DNA of 63,990 nt, the filler included, from Perkinsus olseni (lineage: Eukaryota): the NCBI GenBank assembly GCA_013115125.1. It is 4 parts of 4 records of this genome, joined end to end, with 100 filler letters (N's around TTAATTAATTAA, not from the genome) between each part and the next. Parts side by side here need not be neighbours in the genome. Positions count along the whole stretch, not along the records: positions 48,359 to 63,990 come from JABANN010000697.1; 3 more parts are not named here. One strand, 5' to 3'. Positions within the stretch are counted from its first letter, which is position 1, and every line of letters starts with the position of its first letter. The notes under the pieces are model-generated. The model did no database searches and had not been told where the DNA came from. It worked only from the letters and a program-made list of their open reading frames with translations. The position numbers and the translations under genes were made by a program. Below are positions 62,074 through 63,990 of this stretch, piece after piece.

Positions 62074-63024
62074 ATGGGCGGGAATCGCTTCTCCTCTGGC
62101 TGCGACAGGCTGTTCGTGGATCCTCCCCCCAAGCTATCTCCCTCCCTGAACAGACTCCAGGAAAAGTTGAACTTTGACGGGTTCGTGTCAGCCCCCGGCG
62201 GTTTCGGCTACGAATTGGCTGTCGGTGACTGGTTAAGCGAGGCCGGGCGTCAGGGTATCGAGACAGAAGTGACGGCAGTAGTGACCTCGATTGATCAACG
62301 CGAGCTTCCGGTAGTTCTGCGATACTGTAATTCTGAGGGAACTGCCCTCGGCCTGATAGGAGATGCAAGAGAGCTCCTGGCCTCTTCTCCGGCACTGAAG
62401 GCCTCTGCGGTTAAGCGGTCTTTAATATGCTACTCTATAGCATCAACCACTAGGTTTGCGAACGTTTCCACTGGCGATGGCGGTGAGCGGCTGCTCAGAA
62501 TTGGTATATCGACGCCTGGCAAACTTGTAGCGAGCGCCCTACGGGAACTCGGCCTGCATAACGTAGAAGAAGAAAAATGCTGTTCGCTGCTGCTCCCTCG
62601 GGAATGCGTAAGAGAGATTCAAATTGTCACTACGGAGTCCGGAAAGGTCCGTGCTTCCCGTACGAGTCGAGTCCGCGACTTCGAGCACTTCGTGGCCTCG
62701 GGATGCATTATGTTTGGATCATCATCACAGTCTGGTAGAGAATACAATATAACCGGCGTTGTATGCGACTTGCTTTTTGATGTCGATGAGTTGAGACGGA
62801 AGGTGATGGGGCCGAGTCTTGATGAGCCGGTTGACGCTCCTAAGCACCGCTCCACCCACGAGTCAACTAATGGAGCCCTCCGGTTCCATCTATACCAAAG
62901 CGATGATGACCCTGACAACGAGATAGGTGGACGCGGCATAATGGCGACGAGCTTCGAGGATGATGAAGAGGTATACATACCAGCTGGAATGCAGTCTGCT
63001 GGCTCGGTACACGTCCCGTGTTAG
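62074..63024 (+). CDS. Hypothetical protein; may have upstream exons
   Basis: 316 aa open frame with a globular-looking composition. No family recognised. Confidence 0.6.
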   Translation: MGGNRFSSGCDRLFVDPPPKLSPSLNRLQEKLNFDGFVSAPGGFGYELAVGDWLSEAGRQGIETEVTAVVTSIDQRELPVVLRYCNSEGTALGLIGDARELLASSPALKASAVKRSLICYSIASTTRFANVSTGDGGERLLRIGISTPGKLVASALRELGLHNVEEEKCCSLLLPRECVREIQIVTTESGKVRASRTSRVRDFEHFVASGCIMFGSSSQSGREYNITGVVCDLLFDVDELRRKVMGPSLDEPVDAPKHRSTHESTNGALRFHLYQSDDDPDNEIGGRGIMATSFEDDEEVYIPAGMQSAGSVHVPC

Positions 63025-63990
63025 TCGGCTGAGGAGTCCTCAGCAACTTCCGTCGGAAGTCTTCCGAGGTGGTGCGTCGGCGCTTGCCCCCCCCGCGCTT
63101 CATGCTGATGCTAACACATTCCAGGCACATGCGCCACATTAGGACTTCTACCTTGGTGGCTTGCACTAGAGCATTGAGTTCAGTCCTATCGTATTGACAG
63201 TATCAATAGCGGCCTGCAACCAACTCTGTACATTCTACTTAGTACGTGATTATACATCCTTGAAAGATGATCCCCTTCCAGAGCTTGGGAATATTACTCT
63301 TGAGAATTCATCCATTACTATACTGCATATGGAACGGCAAAGGTCTCAGCTGGGTAGTGTGATTCTCAAAATGGTGTGGTCTTGTTGTAGGTGAACCGCG
63401 TACAACCGAGGGTGAACTCAGCGCATTCATATGCCGCAACGACGTAAGCGATGTTAGTCCTTTCGAAAGAGCCCGCGTGAGTTGGCGATAGTTGTCTTAT
63501 TCACTGCGCGCAGATGCTTACTCCCCCTGGTCATGTTGGAGCCTCCAACTTGGGGGAGTCTGCGACGCAGACTCTGCGACAGTTGCAGGGCCTTTTATGG
63601 ACCTGACTCTTTTAAAGACATCAGGACTTCGATAGGAGAATCTGAGAGCACATCGGTTGACATCCACGAGGGGACCAGGATAATGGGCAGAAGCAGCGGA
63701 CCTTGGGCGTCTCTCGTGGGCCCTACCTCATCTGGGCATAGGTGTGGACAAGTCAAGAGCGTTCATACTGATGTGGCTGCAGAGTTGCGACCTGTGGTGC
63801 CTATCGTGCTGACATACCGAGAACTTATTTCCGTGATCGCATCTCTTGTGGCTTCGTTCTTGTCAGTGAGATCCATGTGGCACCGTCCCGCCGTGGGCCC
63901 CGAGTCGAGGCCCTCGACCTGAGGAGTACCGTTTAGGTACGGAAGGTGAAATAGCAGCGCACAGGAGATGATGTTGTCGTTTCGGGCGAG

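Overview
This is eukaryotic nuclear DNA. It consists of four unrelated ~16 kb contigs (1-16043, 16144-32151, 32252-48258, 48359-63990) joined by artificial N44-TTAATTAATTAA-N44 linkers. Dense genes with many ~45-65 nt GT-AG introns, (TAG)n/(GAT)n microsatellites and a nucleus-encoded ATP synthase c subunit with a myzozoan-type core point to a myzozoan alveolate, most likely Perkinsus (inference). Genes recognised with good confidence are RPSA, ATP9, MRT4, calreticulin, a TPT/SLC35E transporter, an FtsJ/RlmM-like methyltransferase, a GT31 glycosyltransferase, a HAD-family protein and a RING-H2 protein. Mobile DNA includes a 2.7 kb deleted Ty3/gypsy-like LTR element (188 bp LTRs, GCAG target duplication), three pieces of a foldback-type element built from 15-nt-period CTCGTACAC arrays, and a MITE upstream of RPSA. 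The most interesting leads are a polytopic membrane protein with a split TIR/HET-like domain that keeps the WCxxE glutamate, a membrane-anchored MIF4G-like protein, a GGGCGCGCGC motif recurring just upstream of start codons, the foldback element carrying a tRNA-like module, and candidate intronic snoRNAs in MRT4. All family assignments come from motif recognition by eye; no searches were run.
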